NCBI GenBank assembly: GCA_973895155.1
Contig: OZ316891.1
Location: forward strand, 31,069,112-31,133,111
Source of the DNA: Marsupella aquatica
Lineage: Eukaryota; Plantae; Marchantiophyta
Direction: 5' to 3'
DNA: 64,000 nucleotides
Below, piece by piece: positions 1 through 13,223 of this stretch. The position numbers and the translations under genes are program-made. Under the pieces are notes generated by a model that saw only the letters and a program-made list of their open reading frames with translations, made no database searches and had not been told where the DNA came from. The stretch's first letter is position 1; each line of letters opens with the position of its first letter.

Positions 1-539
1 AGATTTGTACTTTTCATAAGCTATACACATTAATTATGTGTTCATCACACACTATTTCGAGTGGCATCTAGAATAATCTCACTTACTCTAATTTAGAATA
101 ACATGTATTTAGTCTCACTTCTTATATAGCCTCACACACATTAATTGTGATGACATCTTTCAAAAACCTTTATAAATATTATGTGTGAGACTAATTACAA
201 TAATCACTGTAGATAACCAAGATAACTTAGATGGATGACAATAAATCTCATTGTGTATTAAACACTTGGTCTTTCAAAAACAATCCATTATATTTTTAAT
301 ACTAACATGAGCCTGGTCCATCCTAGCCTAAATTTCTTTTGGACACTTAGAATATTTAGTTTTCATACAATTATTACCAACTAAGTGTAGCAATTAGTAT
401 GGTTGGGAGTTCATGATCATCAAGCTTTCACCATGATCATTAACAACTTACTATCTATCTACTTCTATAATATGCAATGTCACCAAAAATTCAAAATTGA
501 AGGGAATCAACCTGACACTAGTACATTTTATCGCCCTTT

Positions 540-970
540 TCCGACAGTGAAAGTATCGGAACCCTTCGGCAACTTGCGACCAGATTTTTGGAACTTCCGA
601 TTACCACAATATCGGTACATGCCATTTTCTGCACATTGGATATAGACCATCGGACAACTATCGGAAACACCGATATTACCTTCATCGGACCATCCGTAAT
701 CTAAAATATTGGATATTTTACTATCCGATGCCGGAAGTATCGGACCACCACTTTTTTGCCTGTTCTGTTTACTTAGTTCGTGTCCGATTAGTGTCCGTTG
801 GTTGAAACTTCGGAATATCCGATATTATTAGTATTGCAAGTTCCAATGCGGTAAGATTCGGAAGATCCAAATGTTCTGGAATGGGAAAGTCCAATACAAA
901 GTGCATCGGAAGGGCGTGGTTTTGGTTGGATGGAGTGGGATGATTTAAGTATCGGAATGGCATCGGAAAG
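540..970. repeat. CACTA subterminal repeats (ATCGGA / TCCGAT in both orientations)
   Basis: Many dispersed copies directly after the CACTA terminus; further clusters at ~2820-3010 and ~4350-4510. Confidence 0.8.
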
Positions 971-1009
971 AGTTCTTTGGGAAGGGGGGATGCCACGCTT
1001 ATTAGCATA

Positions 1010-1046
1010 TTTAGGGGGTTAGGGTTAGGGTGAGGGTGAGGGTTAG
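1010..1046 (+). repeat. Short telomere-like G-rich tract
   Basis: tttagggggttagggttagggtgagggtgagggttagg. Confidence 0.55.
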
Positions 1047-1248
1047 GTGTAGGGGTGTTTTGGAGGCATTTTGGAGCTCATTGAAACAACCATGCAACAT
1101 AGATCTAATTAGAACCTATGCATGGCCAAAAAGGGTACTCAAGCCCCTAAAATGAATATATACATATAGACCCCAATATGTACAAGTGTGATCCACTCGG
1201 ATCAAATAAGAAATAGCAGCCTGCCCCATATGGTCTACACTTTTTGCC

Positions 1249-4229
1249 CTAACACACTAGGCCTCTACTCTGCACATGCTGGTCAACTATCTGACTTGCT
1301 ACCAGCTCAAAATGGAGCATGTCGTCCCTTCCTCTTTTTGGAACAAGTCCGTGGAGGTGGGGGTGGAGAAGCCTCGGTGAATGTGGTCTGGTCCATATTG
1401 GCTTGGTCCAGGTCGTCTGTCCCAAGTGTAGAGGCAACATGAGGAAGTGGACCAACCCCACCACCACCACCATGGGAAGCCCCTGAGCCATGAGAGGGCA
1501 CACCCTCTTCGCTACCTGGGCAAGTATGAAAGAAAGCTGCAGGACCCCCCCCCCACTGGTCCCATCGGCAGTAGAACGTCGTGACTCACCACCACCACCA
1601 CCACTCCCTCCTGACTGGCTAGGGACACCATGACTAGCCGCTGGAGGACCTGAGTGGTGAGAGACCCCACCACCACCGCCTCCACTCCCTCCAGACATGC
1701 CAGAGGCATGTCCACCACCCCCAATGCTGCCTGCATGCTGAGAGACACCGCCACCACTGCCTGCACTCCCTCCAGACTGGCCAAGGGCATGTCGACCACT
1801 CCCAGTGCTGCCTCCATGGTGAGAGGCTCCACCACCACCGCCTGCACTCCCTCCAGACTGGCCAAGGGCATGTCGACCACTCCCAGTGCTGCCTCCATGG
1901 TGAGAGACTCCACCACCTCCGCCTGCACTCCCTCCAGACTGGCCGCCCCCAGTGCGGCCAGAGTGCCGAGACCCTCCACCGTCGGCTGCACTCCCTCCAA
2001 CCTGGCCACCCCCAGTGCGGCCAGAGTGGCCAGAGCCTCTAGAGCCACTCCCAACTACACCTAACTGCTGAGAGCCTCTAGAACACCCTTCCCCATGGGG
2101 CTCTAATCGGCGAGACCCACCAACAGCATGTTGTGCAACAACATGTCGCGGGCCCTGAGTGTCAGCTCTACCAGCAACCCCTGATTGGCGTCGGCCACTA
2201 GAACCAACCCCTATGGCTCTCGACTGGTGTGCGCTAGGGGCCCGACTAGCACCACCTCTGCCGGCCCTACTTCGTGACGCTGGAACACCATGATCCTCAC
2301 CCCGTTGAGTCGAGTGGCGAGGACCACTAACACCATCCCTAATTGCTCTAGACCGGCGAGATGTGGGTGCGGCCACAATTGCCTCCTCTGGGCCCAACGA
2401 CTCTGCATCTGAATAGTCCGCCCCTGAGCCCTCCTCCGAGTCCTCACCCTCCGACCCCTCCTCCTCTGAGCCCTACATATATCCAACTAGCAATCCAGTT
2501 AGTGTATGCTCCATCTTACCACAAAAATTTCATCAACCAATTAAGACATTGCATTCAGAGGATTGTCCATACCGAACCCAACTCCTCCTCCATGTGAATC
2601 TTGAGAGCTCGCGGTCCGTGCTTCTTAGCCAACTCCCTCTCGTCTGGTAAGATCGGCCGCCCATGCTCACGCTCCTACACCCCACACAAAATGGCCCCAA
2701 CATCAAATTGTCCCCCATTAGTCCCTCCCTATCACACCTCAAGTAGTCCCACATCCTCACACCCCCATTTACATGTACAATGGCCTTTGGATCCTACTAA
2801 CAAATCTACCAAGGATTACCGATAAAAATTCAAATTATCCAATTACCCAAGTATCGGACCCCTCGTGCTAAAATATCGGACACATTGTCCGAATGTTGAT
2901 CCGATACTGATACTATCGGATCATAATCGGACCCCAATTTCAAAAAAAGGTGTGATAACACTTTTGATTATGGGTCTGATACCGACAGAATCGGACCGGT
3001 ATCGAAAAGACGGCCCAGGAAAGAAAAAATACATTGCCGAGAGCGGGCCTGACTTGCAGGTCTCACCTCGACAATAAGAAGGGACTAGCTTTGGGTCGGG
3101 GCTCTTTAGGCATACACAAGCCTCAGGTGATCAGGCAAATTGAGGTGAGGAGCTTGGACAGAGGAGGGGGAGTACTTACAAACTCTGCCTTGAGATGCTG
3201 CGACCCACCCTGCCCCATCCGGTGATTGATTACTGGCCTATTGTCAACTCGAAGCAATGCTTTCAAGATTTGTGAGGGAGGGTCTCCAAGCTGAACTGAT
3301 CTTGCTTCCCAATGCTGCAGGTTGCTCTGAGCATGGCGGGTGTCAACAGTCTCCCCTGCTTGGGCCTTGGTGGCAAGCTCTTCTAATTCGGCCTGCCAGT
3401 ACCATCTTGCCTGCCAAGCTCAAACTTGTAGCTTGGTCTCGATCCAAACTGCCCATACATATGGTGGTAGATCAACTGGGCACCCCCTCTGCCTGATCAC
3501 CTCCTCATTATCCTGGCATTCATTAAGGTATTTCCTGAGCTTCTCCTTGACATGGTTCCTTCTGTCTGCAAGTGAGAGGCTGATTTTTTTATTCAAGAAC
3601 CTGTCATCAAGGAATGATCCATTGGAAAACCTCTCCTTCACCTGCTCACTAACTCTGAATTTCTCCTGTTCATTTTGCTTCCCCCAGTAGTCTAACACCC
3701 CAAAATGGGATCTAAGTACCTGCCCAAGCTGACTCCTTAAGAGATTATAGCTCTTGGCCCTAGGAGCTCCTCCACTATTCAAAAATAGCTTTGGCTGCTT
3801 GTTTCGCTCCTCTGCTTGCTGTTTCTCCTCCTCTGCTCTCTTCCTCTCTGCAGCCCGTGCTTCTTTACGCAGGGCTTTCTCTCTCTGTCTTGGTGAGAGG
3901 GCCTCCGCGGGGATGCTCCGCTTCTCATCCATTCGCTTCCTCTTCTTTTCTTTCTCCCTCTGCTGCCTTTCCTCGAATGCTTTCTCAGCTTCTGAAATAA
4001 TTGTGCCCTTTGAAGAGTCAATCAATCCCTGTGTCAATGCAGCAACCTGTTGTGCAACTTCTATTGAGAGCCCTATTTGCATTTGAAAAATGGCTGTCAT
4101 AATGTCCCCAAAGTTTTGAGATGGCCCGGCTCCATCTCCTGCATATCCTCCGGCTCCCCCGCCGGCTCCGGCTCCCCCGGCTCCACCTCCTGCCCCTCCT
4201 GCCCCTCCATTGTTCCCCTCCATAGCCAT
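1249..4229 (-). pseudogene. TnpA/Ptta-like (Transposase_24-type) second gene of the CACTA element, multi-exon, with acidic and Gly-rich tail
   Basis: ORF 4229-3420 (W..Q...K..V...V..RF; CP..LP...W..W) continues in frame past one TGA to NHRMGQGG..LKAEF with a GTAAGT donor at 3179; downstream acidic/Gly-rich ORF 2397-1249; middle exons not resolved. Confidence 0.6.
1640..2060. repeat. Degenerate coding tandem repeat (Gly/Ser-rich units)
   Basis: Recurring ctgcactccctccagactggcc blocks; peptide GQSGGSAGGGGG.SHHGGS repeated. Confidence 0.75.
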
Positions 4230-5220
4230 AAGCTCCTCCCGGCCTTCAATTCCAGTTCGCGACCACGCACCTGCCCGGATTTTACCAAAGAAAATATCTC
4301 CCGACGCTCTTTTGATGCAAAGTCCAACTAAGAAGGAGTGGCACTTTGATCGGGAAACCTAAAACTTGTCCGACTATGGATCCAATTCTTACAGCATCGG
4401 AACAAGCGATGCTATAATTATCAGAAACATAGTGGATGTCCGATTCTTACAGCATCGGACCCCTCTTGTTAATTCCTTGTATTACTCATGTCCGAAGTCT
4501 TTTCCGATAGAATAACTATGGCAATTAATTTGGTTGTATGTTTGATGACCCTATGTTGGTTCTATGTGTTTAAGTAGGGTTTTAGGGATAGGGTGGACCG
4601 TTGGAGCCGCGGTCCCTTCTCATTGTGTGGTTTGGAGGTGGTTGGTATGTATAGATGTTGCGAGTTATATTTGAGAGTTGTGTGGTATTTACATTGTGAC
4701 ATTTTGGGGGAAAAATATGGATTCACCTAGCTAGCTAACCTTATGCACAGTGACATGCCAAATTTTGCAGTTCTTTTTTGTAGAGGGTTAAGTCACTCAG
4801 TTTTTGCGGAGGGTTAGGTTGCTGAGCTTTTTTGGGGGTCCATTTTTGTAATGCATCATGCACAGCGAGAGCCTGCACTTCTGAAAGGTATGGTTGGACC
4901 ACTCTAAAAGGTTCTGGAGGTGAATGTTGGGAGGTGCCCGACATAGGTTGGCCCCCTAGCCAACTATAATTATGGTCATACAGAGGTTAATTATTGATCT
5001 TGTTCCACACTAATTAAGTTGAAGTGTTCTTGTGCAGTAATTTCAGACTAGTCTTAGCATATAGTCTAAGGCCAAGATCCTAGTTGGCACTGCAGAGCGC
5101 GGGTCTCATTAAGGTATTATTGATTAAAACATTTTTTTTTTTTGCCTAAAGACATATATATGTAAATCACAATGGTGCGGATTCTAAAATATATTGACAT
5201 TGTGTATGGATGATGGGCAG

Positions 5221-6469
5221 ATGTCCAGTTTTGGGAGTTCTGAGTTGGACTCAGACTCAACCTCGTCATCTTCTGAGGGGGACGTTCCTCCTCCCCCTCC
5301 TTGGACTCAATGTCCTCCTCCTATAGGACCTATTCCATGCTGGTGTGTTAGATGTAAAGGCATGGTGGTTCGTCAAGCCTGGGAAGCCATTGAGCACATT
5401 GAGCACTATGGCCGACATGAGGGTGATTTACCTGGATATTCTGCTCGCCAGGTATGCATAATTTATTGCGCTTGGAGACATTGATATGCACAAGTTGTAA
5501 CATTGCACCCATACATTTATTAATTGTTGGTATTTTTTGTGATTGAATAGGTGCCTCGTAGGACCTCTCCTCCATTGGTCTCTAATGACTTATGGGTAAA
5601 CACACTTTTGGCTGGTGCAAGAGAGTTGTTAGCAGCATCATCAGATCCCCCTCAATGTAGCCTCCCTTGTGTTGATCCGGAGACTATACCAATTCCATCT
5701 AGGGTTGGTCGCACCCGAGCACGTTCCCAAAGACAACGGCGTCGTTATGAACCCTTGGGTGTGCATGAGACCGAGGACCAAGTTCTGCACCATACTCATA
5801 GAGTACCGCCAGGAGAGTCCGACTATGTGGAAGTGGAAGGGAGGTTGGGGCTTTCATATGTCACTGGGAAGGCATTGACAGTCTTGAAGGATTTCTCATC
5901 TGAGAGATTCAAAATACCCCCTGGCCTAACCACTGACACTCCTATCCACATATGGGGTCACCAATGGATAGTGAAGACATCCTCCCTTGGTCCTGACATA
6001 GGATTTGGCGTATTTGCCTTGGAGGACATTTTGGTCCCTGCAAAGTCATGGGACCCGAGGTTATGATGGGGAGCACCTATTTCCATATATTGGTCCTGTA
6101 TACACTTCAAAAAGTTGGAACATTCTATTGCGCCAACACCCATCTTGGGGTGTCTATGCATTGCAAATGGATTCTGATCCAGATGAGGTCATGCGGAGGC
6201 CTTGGCATTCTCGGATGATTGATGGGGACCCTGTTCGCTCCGACAACATAGCCGGGTACATCAATAGTACTCGTGGGAGAGGGAGAGGACTTAGGCCTAA
6301 TGTTGAGTGGATACAAATATTTGGTCCACCTAGAGAGCCTTATTATGTAAAACACATGGATGACCATGTCATGACTGTAGCCATTACAACCATTAGGGCT
6401 GGCGAGGAGTTGTTTTGCGACTATGAGTGGGATGCTCCCAAGAAAGCATTCCTTTCTCACCCTGTGTAG
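5221..6469 (+). pseudogene. Spliced gene: N-terminal CxCxxC...H...H Zn motif plus SET-domain lysine methyltransferase; one frameshift near 6050
   Basis: Exon 5221-5451, phase-0 GT..AG intron 5452-5550, exon from 5551; SET motifs VKTSSLGPDIGFGVFALEDI, NIAGYINS, PNV and AITTIRAGEELFCDY split over two frames. Confidence 0.8.
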
Positions 6470-6534
6470 GGCAGACATGTATATACCACCTCTTTTGTTG
6501 AACATAAAATACATGACAATGTTTCCAAACAAAT

Positions 6535-9500
6535 TGTGACACGGGTAACATGTCACTTGACCGAACCCAGGTCATAGATTAGGACTTATACGGTCATTAG
6601 GACCGTAGCCATAGTGTAGAATAGCACGTATAGCCGTCTGTTGCCATTATGATTAGATTAGGAGTAGGTTAAGATGATCGAATCATTACGAGTTCAGGAA
6701 GGGGATTATTACGCGCGACCGAGGTACGGTGGCGGCAGTGGAGTAAAATTCAGTTAGAAGAATCACGCTTGGACCGAGGCGCCAACTTCAGCTCGCTATC
6801 AATGACCAAAACGGCCTGGCCTTCTCACGCTCGGGCTCATCCTGGCACCTCCATAAGAGAGGAGCCGATGGTGCTGCGGGTCATTTGCTCATGTCTACCT
6901 TTCTTTGAATTCGCGGACGTTGCCACCCACTTGCCCTGCTGATCGAATCGAGTTGACCTTTACAAGGAGATTATCGAGGGAGAAGAGCGGAATGTGGCGA
7001 GATTTAGTCAGGACGAGCGAGGCCTCCACGAGACAGAGGACCAGCCGGGTGGGAACGCGGACTCAACGAACCGGACTACGAGGTTAGTATGACCCTCACA
7101 GCCTTGGGATTTTGGACCTTGTTTGGCGAGGTAGGTGCTAAGTTCTCTGAGACTTACTGGTACTCTTGCCCCGAGAAAGCCGCTTACGAACGAAGATACG
7201 CGAGGCTGGTGACCAAGGTAGCACTGGTTAATTGCGAAAGGACAGCCATCACCAGGGATTCCAACTACAACGAGCTGCGAGACTACATCACCGAACTATA
7301 TCTCAGCGAGGAAGGGCTTAGATCGGTAGCTGAGGCGATTCTTGAAGTTCCAGCGAAGTTCTTTAAGCTAAAGGGCAACCAGCGGCTTACTCAAGCAGAG
7401 TTCGACAAGATTCCGGGGTACTTAGACCAGCAGATCGCAGCCGAAAAGCGCCAGGAAGACATCAGCAGACAACGGGAAGCGGCGCGTAATCTTACATTCC
7501 TCGGGGAAAGCTCCAACGCCTTCAACTAGGATATGGCTACCCCGATACCACCAGTGCCTCAACCGATGACGACCGGAGTACCGCCGAACCAGTCCCAAGT
7601 CTGTCCAGTAATCAACACGGAGTGTTCTTCGGGTTCCGAGCGAGCTAGTCCGCAACTCGAACATCGTCCTCGTAAGCGGCCAAGGACTACGACGGCCCCC
7701 GAATCAACACGGACCGACGCTGCGCCTGCACCTGCCCCGACAAACCTCCCGACCAACCAGACCCGACGGCCCCCGGATAACCCGAAGTCCAACTTATTAC
7801 AGGTAATCCGCGTCCCTGAAGTAGTCTGGATCGCGATCAAGAAACTCGAACATGCGGACTATCTCAAGGAGCATCAGTTGGAGCGGTTCGCCCACTTGCT
7901 ATGGAGGCCGTGCGCCGCCGGGCCGAAGGAGATTTGTGAGTTCATCTCCAATTTCGACACTGACGCGTCGACCACCAGGGTTTCAGGGCAAGCCTTATCA
8001 CTCACGGAGCATCGGTTAACGCAAATCTTCTGCCTACCAACCGGGCCGGTGCCGGTGGAAATCCGAATTCGGGATAAGAAGTATACGCCGCGGCACTTCA
8101 AACCCGAGGGTAAGACGGACAACGGATACAAGCAGGGGGCGTGCACCAACTTAACCTGTATGGAGCGGCTTAACTTCATACGGACTACCCTACACATGAT
8201 TGAGCCACGATCCAAGATTTCCCTCTACACGATCGTGCAGGTGGAACAGTACAAACGATGAAATTGGGCCCAATTCTTCTACCAAAGATTCTCGGGGGAG
8301 CTAAAGCGGGCTCAGGGTGGTATGGCTATTGGGGGGAAGACTTACTTGGGAAGTCATATCGCCATTATCCTCGCCTGGTACAAGGCACGGCGGGAGGCCA
8401 GAGGAAAGAATATGGCCACCTCAGCCCCGGGTAATGTCACCCCTGCCCCAGAGGAGGCAACCCCGACTACGCGGACTACCGTCCCTCGGGCAAACCCCGA
8501 GCCGGAAGCCCCGACTAATACTCCGCCACCGCCCCCTGTGGAAATTCTGCCGCCCCCTTCTGTCGAGCCTCCGCTACCCGCAGTACAACCACCCCCAATC
8601 CCTCCACCACCTGAAGAGACCTTCCCCTCCCAAACGCTGACTACGGAGGAGCTCATTGCCCCTGCCGAGGAACCACCGGTACCCGAGAGGATGGAGGACT
8701 ACCAAGTAGCCCCGGGGACCATGGCCTACGACCTGGTCTAGAAGTTTAGCCAGACTATGTCTGGGGAGCTGGCGACGTACATCGGACAACAAGTCTCGGC
8801 GTACTTTCAACCAGCCTTCTTCATGTTAGAGCACCAACCACGGATCGTAAGCCGCCTGGAAGAAGAACTCATGGCGAAGGGTGGAAGCAGGCGCAGTGCG
8901 AGGCAGTTAAGTCAGCGGCATCTTTTGGTTAGGCGTAACGACAGAATGACTGTCATTAGGCGCCGATTAGCGGCAGTAAGAAGAATTAGGGCCGGATCAG
9001 TTAGGATCAGCCAACGTAGGATGGAGTCCATCAACGGACTAGAATTAGTCAGTAGGCTTGGCCGTTGCCATTCCGGTCGGCACCTTGTCGTCGATGGTCA
9101 ACCAGTCAGTGCGGCGCGGCCAGTAGTCAGTAGGTAGTTAGTCAGTAGGTAGTATCCCGGAAGGCAGTATCCTTCGACTCTCCTCCGCGATTGTAGTATT
9201 TAGACTTCCCCTTCCGCTAAGGAAAGGGGGAGAAGGCTTAGTTATCTCAGCAGAGGGAAGGTGAGGCACGGGGAGTCCCGGCCTGAGCAGGGTCAGAGTG
9301 CACCAAGGAGTGAGAGCCAGAGTCGAGCTTGCTGGGCAAGTGCGAGGCAGGCCTCGTAGAGACTGGGCATCGACTGCCGTTGGGCCTGCTGACCCCCTTT
9401 GAAGTCGAGTCAACCATGTAAAGTGATGCTTCGCTGAGTAAATGTAGTCTTTTCCCCCTAATGTTTCTGCAAGTAACTGGTGTTGTGTGTATGCTTTGTC

Positions 9501-9845
9501 TGGGTAAAGGCGCCATTTTAAGGGACGTACCGGGTGCGGACTAATGGTAGGGATTGCCACTCATTGTATGTCACAAGGTCCTATCGTGTCGATGGCTTGA
9601 AAGGCCCCAAGCCGGGAGTTAGTCCGAGTCACTAACTGAGGGAATATTCCAGCGGTGGAAAACAAATATACCTATGACTAGTACAAATTATTCAGGTGTT
9701 ATACCGGTAAGTATATCGACTTAGCCCAACTTAGGGTTAATTGAGGTCACTACACACCTCCTTGCCCGAACCCTCACCCTTACTGGTGGTCGAGGTCGCA
9801 CCATGGCACTAAACTGGATTTAAGGCCCAAGTTAGCGGCGCGACA
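6535..9845 (+). repeat. 5' LTR of element A (~3.3 kb, ORF-containing)
   Basis: Begins at the TSD with TG, ends CA before a PBS-like motif; last 94 bp recur at 30690-30783. Confidence 0.75.
7089..9137 (+). pseudogene. LTR-internal accessory ORF of element A (unknown function)
   Basis: ORFs 7089, 7533, 8322 and 8757 are all in one frame, separated by single stops; clearly homologous to the 15525-17473 ORF. Confidence 0.75.
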
Positions 9846-9863
9846 TACGGCGACCGGTTTTTT

Positions 9864-9881
9864 TGGCGCTAGATGGAGGGG
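9864..9881 (+). promoter_or_regulatory. Putative primer-binding site of element A (primer RNA not identified)
   Basis: TGGCGCTAGATGGAGGGG 18 nt after the LTR end, preceded by a T run. Confidence 0.55.
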
Positions 9882-9960
9882 GCACTCATTTTGCCTTACG
9901 AGTGGAGCCGTGTAGTGAGCTAGTAACTTTTGATTTTGTACTCGACGTGTAGGAAGGGGC

Positions 9961-12900
9961 ATGCCCCTTACCCGGTCACATTCTGCGTATTTACAACAAC
10001 TGGACGGAGCATCAAGTTTGGAAGAGAATACCGCGTCCGGCGAAGCGGGGAGCTCGGCTTCCCAAGCAGGATCGCGTGCTGTGATGGGTACCCAAGCACC
10101 AATGGCGGGAGGAACTCCACCGGTTCCACCAGCCCCGCAGGTACCAGGTGCGTTGCGGCCCCCTGCGGCTCAGAACGTGTCTCAGCAATCCCGGTTTCAC
10201 TATCAACCCTTTAAGGGACGACCCACAGACGACCCTGATGAATGGATAGCTGAGTTCGAGGCCACGGCCAAGGCGAATGGTGAGGAAGCCATTAAGCTAA
10301 CCATTCTTCCAGGCGTGCTACAAGGAGAAGCGCGCCCGTGGTATAACTTACAACCCCCGGGTTTCACATGGGGCCAGTTCCAAACGGCGTTCTTGCAAGA
10401 ATTTCGGCCCGTCGGGATCAAATCTCGGGCCCTGTCAAAAATCGGACGAATGCAAATGGGTAAGCATGACTCACTTCGCAAATTTCTGCAACGATTCCAG
10501 AAGGTTGCCGCCAAGATTCGACCTAAGCCAGATGACTCTCTGCTGAGGAAATGGTTCGTCAACGCGCTACCCCAGAGGATGGCATTCTCGGTACTAGAAA
10601 AGAAGACCACCACTCTGCAACAAGCAATTGATAGTGCCGAATCCTTCAGGGAATCGCACTACGCCTCTCAGCTTAATAGGAGGACCAAGCATACGAAGAG
10701 CAGGAGGTATCATACCTTCAGCGACTCCGACTCTGAGTACGACGAGAAAAAAAGGAAGAAGAAACAATGCCATAAGAAGAAGGTCCGGACAAGCTCTTCG
10801 TTAGACTCTGATTCAGAGTCTAGTGATTCCTTGTCCAGTAGCCCGACGTCAACTGGCTCATCCTCCAGCGAGCGAGTCAGAGTCTTGTAACCACCAAAGA
10901 AAGAAGGGATCACGGTCAGATGCGGGTAAACATAAACCGTGAGCCAAAGTCATCACCGCGGACCCAAAGGCTGCTGAGGTAGAAAAGCTGAACGAAATCA
11001 CAGACCGACTGAAGGCACTATCGGTGCACTTGGCGGAAAAACCTCCGGACAAAAAGAAACCACCAGAAATCCGAGCACATGCTTGGTGCTCCAAGTGTTA
11101 TCAGTCGGGACATGTGGTGCAAGAATGTCCAAGATGGAACACTCGTGTGCACCAGATAGAGTTGGAGCCCGGACAGTCCGAGCCAGAGGAATACACGATG
11201 GAGTACTTCTTCGAGGATCCAGGTGAGGCGGTGTTCCAGATGAGTATGACGGGACCTCGCACTCTAAGCGGCCACAATCCAAGGTTCCATACCCCTTATC
11301 CATACCCGATGAATGGGCGTGGCCCCCAGATGGTCAGCAATCCAAGTATCCCACCTAAACCCGGAGTTTGGCGGACCCCGGTTTGCTATAATTGGGAGAA
11401 ACCTGGTCACTTTGCCCGAGAGTGCACGGAGCAAAAGAAGCAAGGGGATGGGAGAGCGCTTCCATTGTGCCAAGTTTGTCGAACCGAAGCACATTCCACG
11501 TCAAATTGCCCCTTGGTGCTAGCCGTGAAGGCCGGTGCCGTCAGAGCTGCTCAACCTGCGGCCCCACCAATTACGGATGCAGTAGTACAAATGGTAATAA
11601 TGGAATGGCAGGACGACTCCACCAAGTGGATCGACCTCATAGAAGCAGTCGAGCAAACAGGAACACACGCGGACGACGAGTGCTACCGCGTTTCTACTCG
11701 GTCATCCCGCAAGAAGGACAAGTACAAAGAACGAGTTCGGAAGGATGCCCGGCAGGAAGAGGCGGTCGCGGATAAGAATATTCCAATGGAACCCGATGAG
11801 CTAGAAGACTACCAGCGGGATAACCTGAAGCTATTTTACCCGCGAGTAGAGGAACTGGTCAAAAAGCAATTGGAAGCCTACGAGGCCCAAGAGCACGAAA
11901 AAGCCATTAAGAAGGATATTGCCGATGCAAAGGCAGCAGAAGAAGCCGAGGAAGCTGAGACTGCCTTGCAAGCTGAAGTCAAGGGAGCAGAAGCATTAAA
12001 ATCTGCGACCCCACCGTCTAACCAATACGACATCAAAAAGGATGTTCAGAACTGTGCAGCTACGGCCACTGTCGGACAACTATTACAGGATAACCTGAAG
12101 TATCGGCAACAACTCAAGGAGATGCTAATAGGAAAGAGGAGGCGATGGCTACCTCGGGTAAGCACCTTAGCCGACTGTATGATGATTTACCAGGACTTAG
12201 GAGCGCCGGAAGTCTCTATCGAGATAGCGGGTTGTACTGTTCGGTTTGTACCGGTAGACGGCGGGTCCGGTGTAAACATCATGACGGAGGACACTTCCGT
12301 AAGGTTGGGATATACATCTTATCAACCCACGGCGCGCGCCATTCGGTTAGCAAACGGCGCCAGGATCATGCCACTGGGGACGTTAACCAAGATATCCACG
12401 TGGATTGGAGGCCTCGACTTTTTCCTAAATTACCTAGTGATGCGACCAGTCCGACCCTCTTCTTATCCAGTACTGCTGGGCAGACCCTGATTATACGGTG
12501 CCCGAGTCGTGACTGACTGGGGAAGGAAGGAATTACGATTCGGTAACCCGACTACGACGGTATCATGGAAGGAAGAAGACTACCAGGGCGAAACGCCCCA
12601 GGAACCCGAAGAATATGACTCGGAGGAGGACATCTCAGAAGAAGAGGTGAATATGGTGGAGTTAATCTCTCGCCTGGATGAAGAGGAAGTCTTCGGGGTA
12701 AGTGCTATCCGAGAAACCCATTTTCTGAACCAGCCCAGGCCAGCGGCCCAAATCAAAACACCCGGGAGGCCAGAAGGAGATGATGCGGCAACGGGCGGAG
12801 CATTCCCCGGAATAGTGAGCCCTAAGAAGGCAGTTGGCCGGCTTGCCTTGCCCGGTTTACCCGAAGAAAACGCTACTCAGACCGCCACTCCTCCCACAAA

Positions 12901-13092
12901 GAAAAAGGTTACCTGGAGCCCCGAGATTCCGTCCGTAGGTTACCTGGAGCCCCAAGGAGCTCCCAAGGGAGCAGCCGACAGTCTGGGAACCCGTGGCCTA
13001 CGATGGCACCAGACTAGAGGAATTGGAGGCTCATCTTGACCGGGCCACGAGAGACCATGTGGATGTAATCCGCAAGGAGCACTATGGCAATT
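9961..13092 (+). pseudogene. gag-protease of element A
   Basis: Retrotransposon gag (PFKG..DDPDEWIAEFE), three CCHC-type knuckles, protease VDGGSGVN...LLGRP*LY; frameshifts near 10890 and 12940, stop at 12488. Confidence 0.9.
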
Positions 13093-13223
13093 TGTGATGC
13101 CGCCGGTACGGCGGTTAATGAGTGATTCAGTCTAACTGCGCTCGGCACGCGCGTTAGGTGGGTCTTAGGCCGCTATTATTAGCATAACGACAGTATTTAG
13201 GTAATCATTAGGGGTAGGACATC

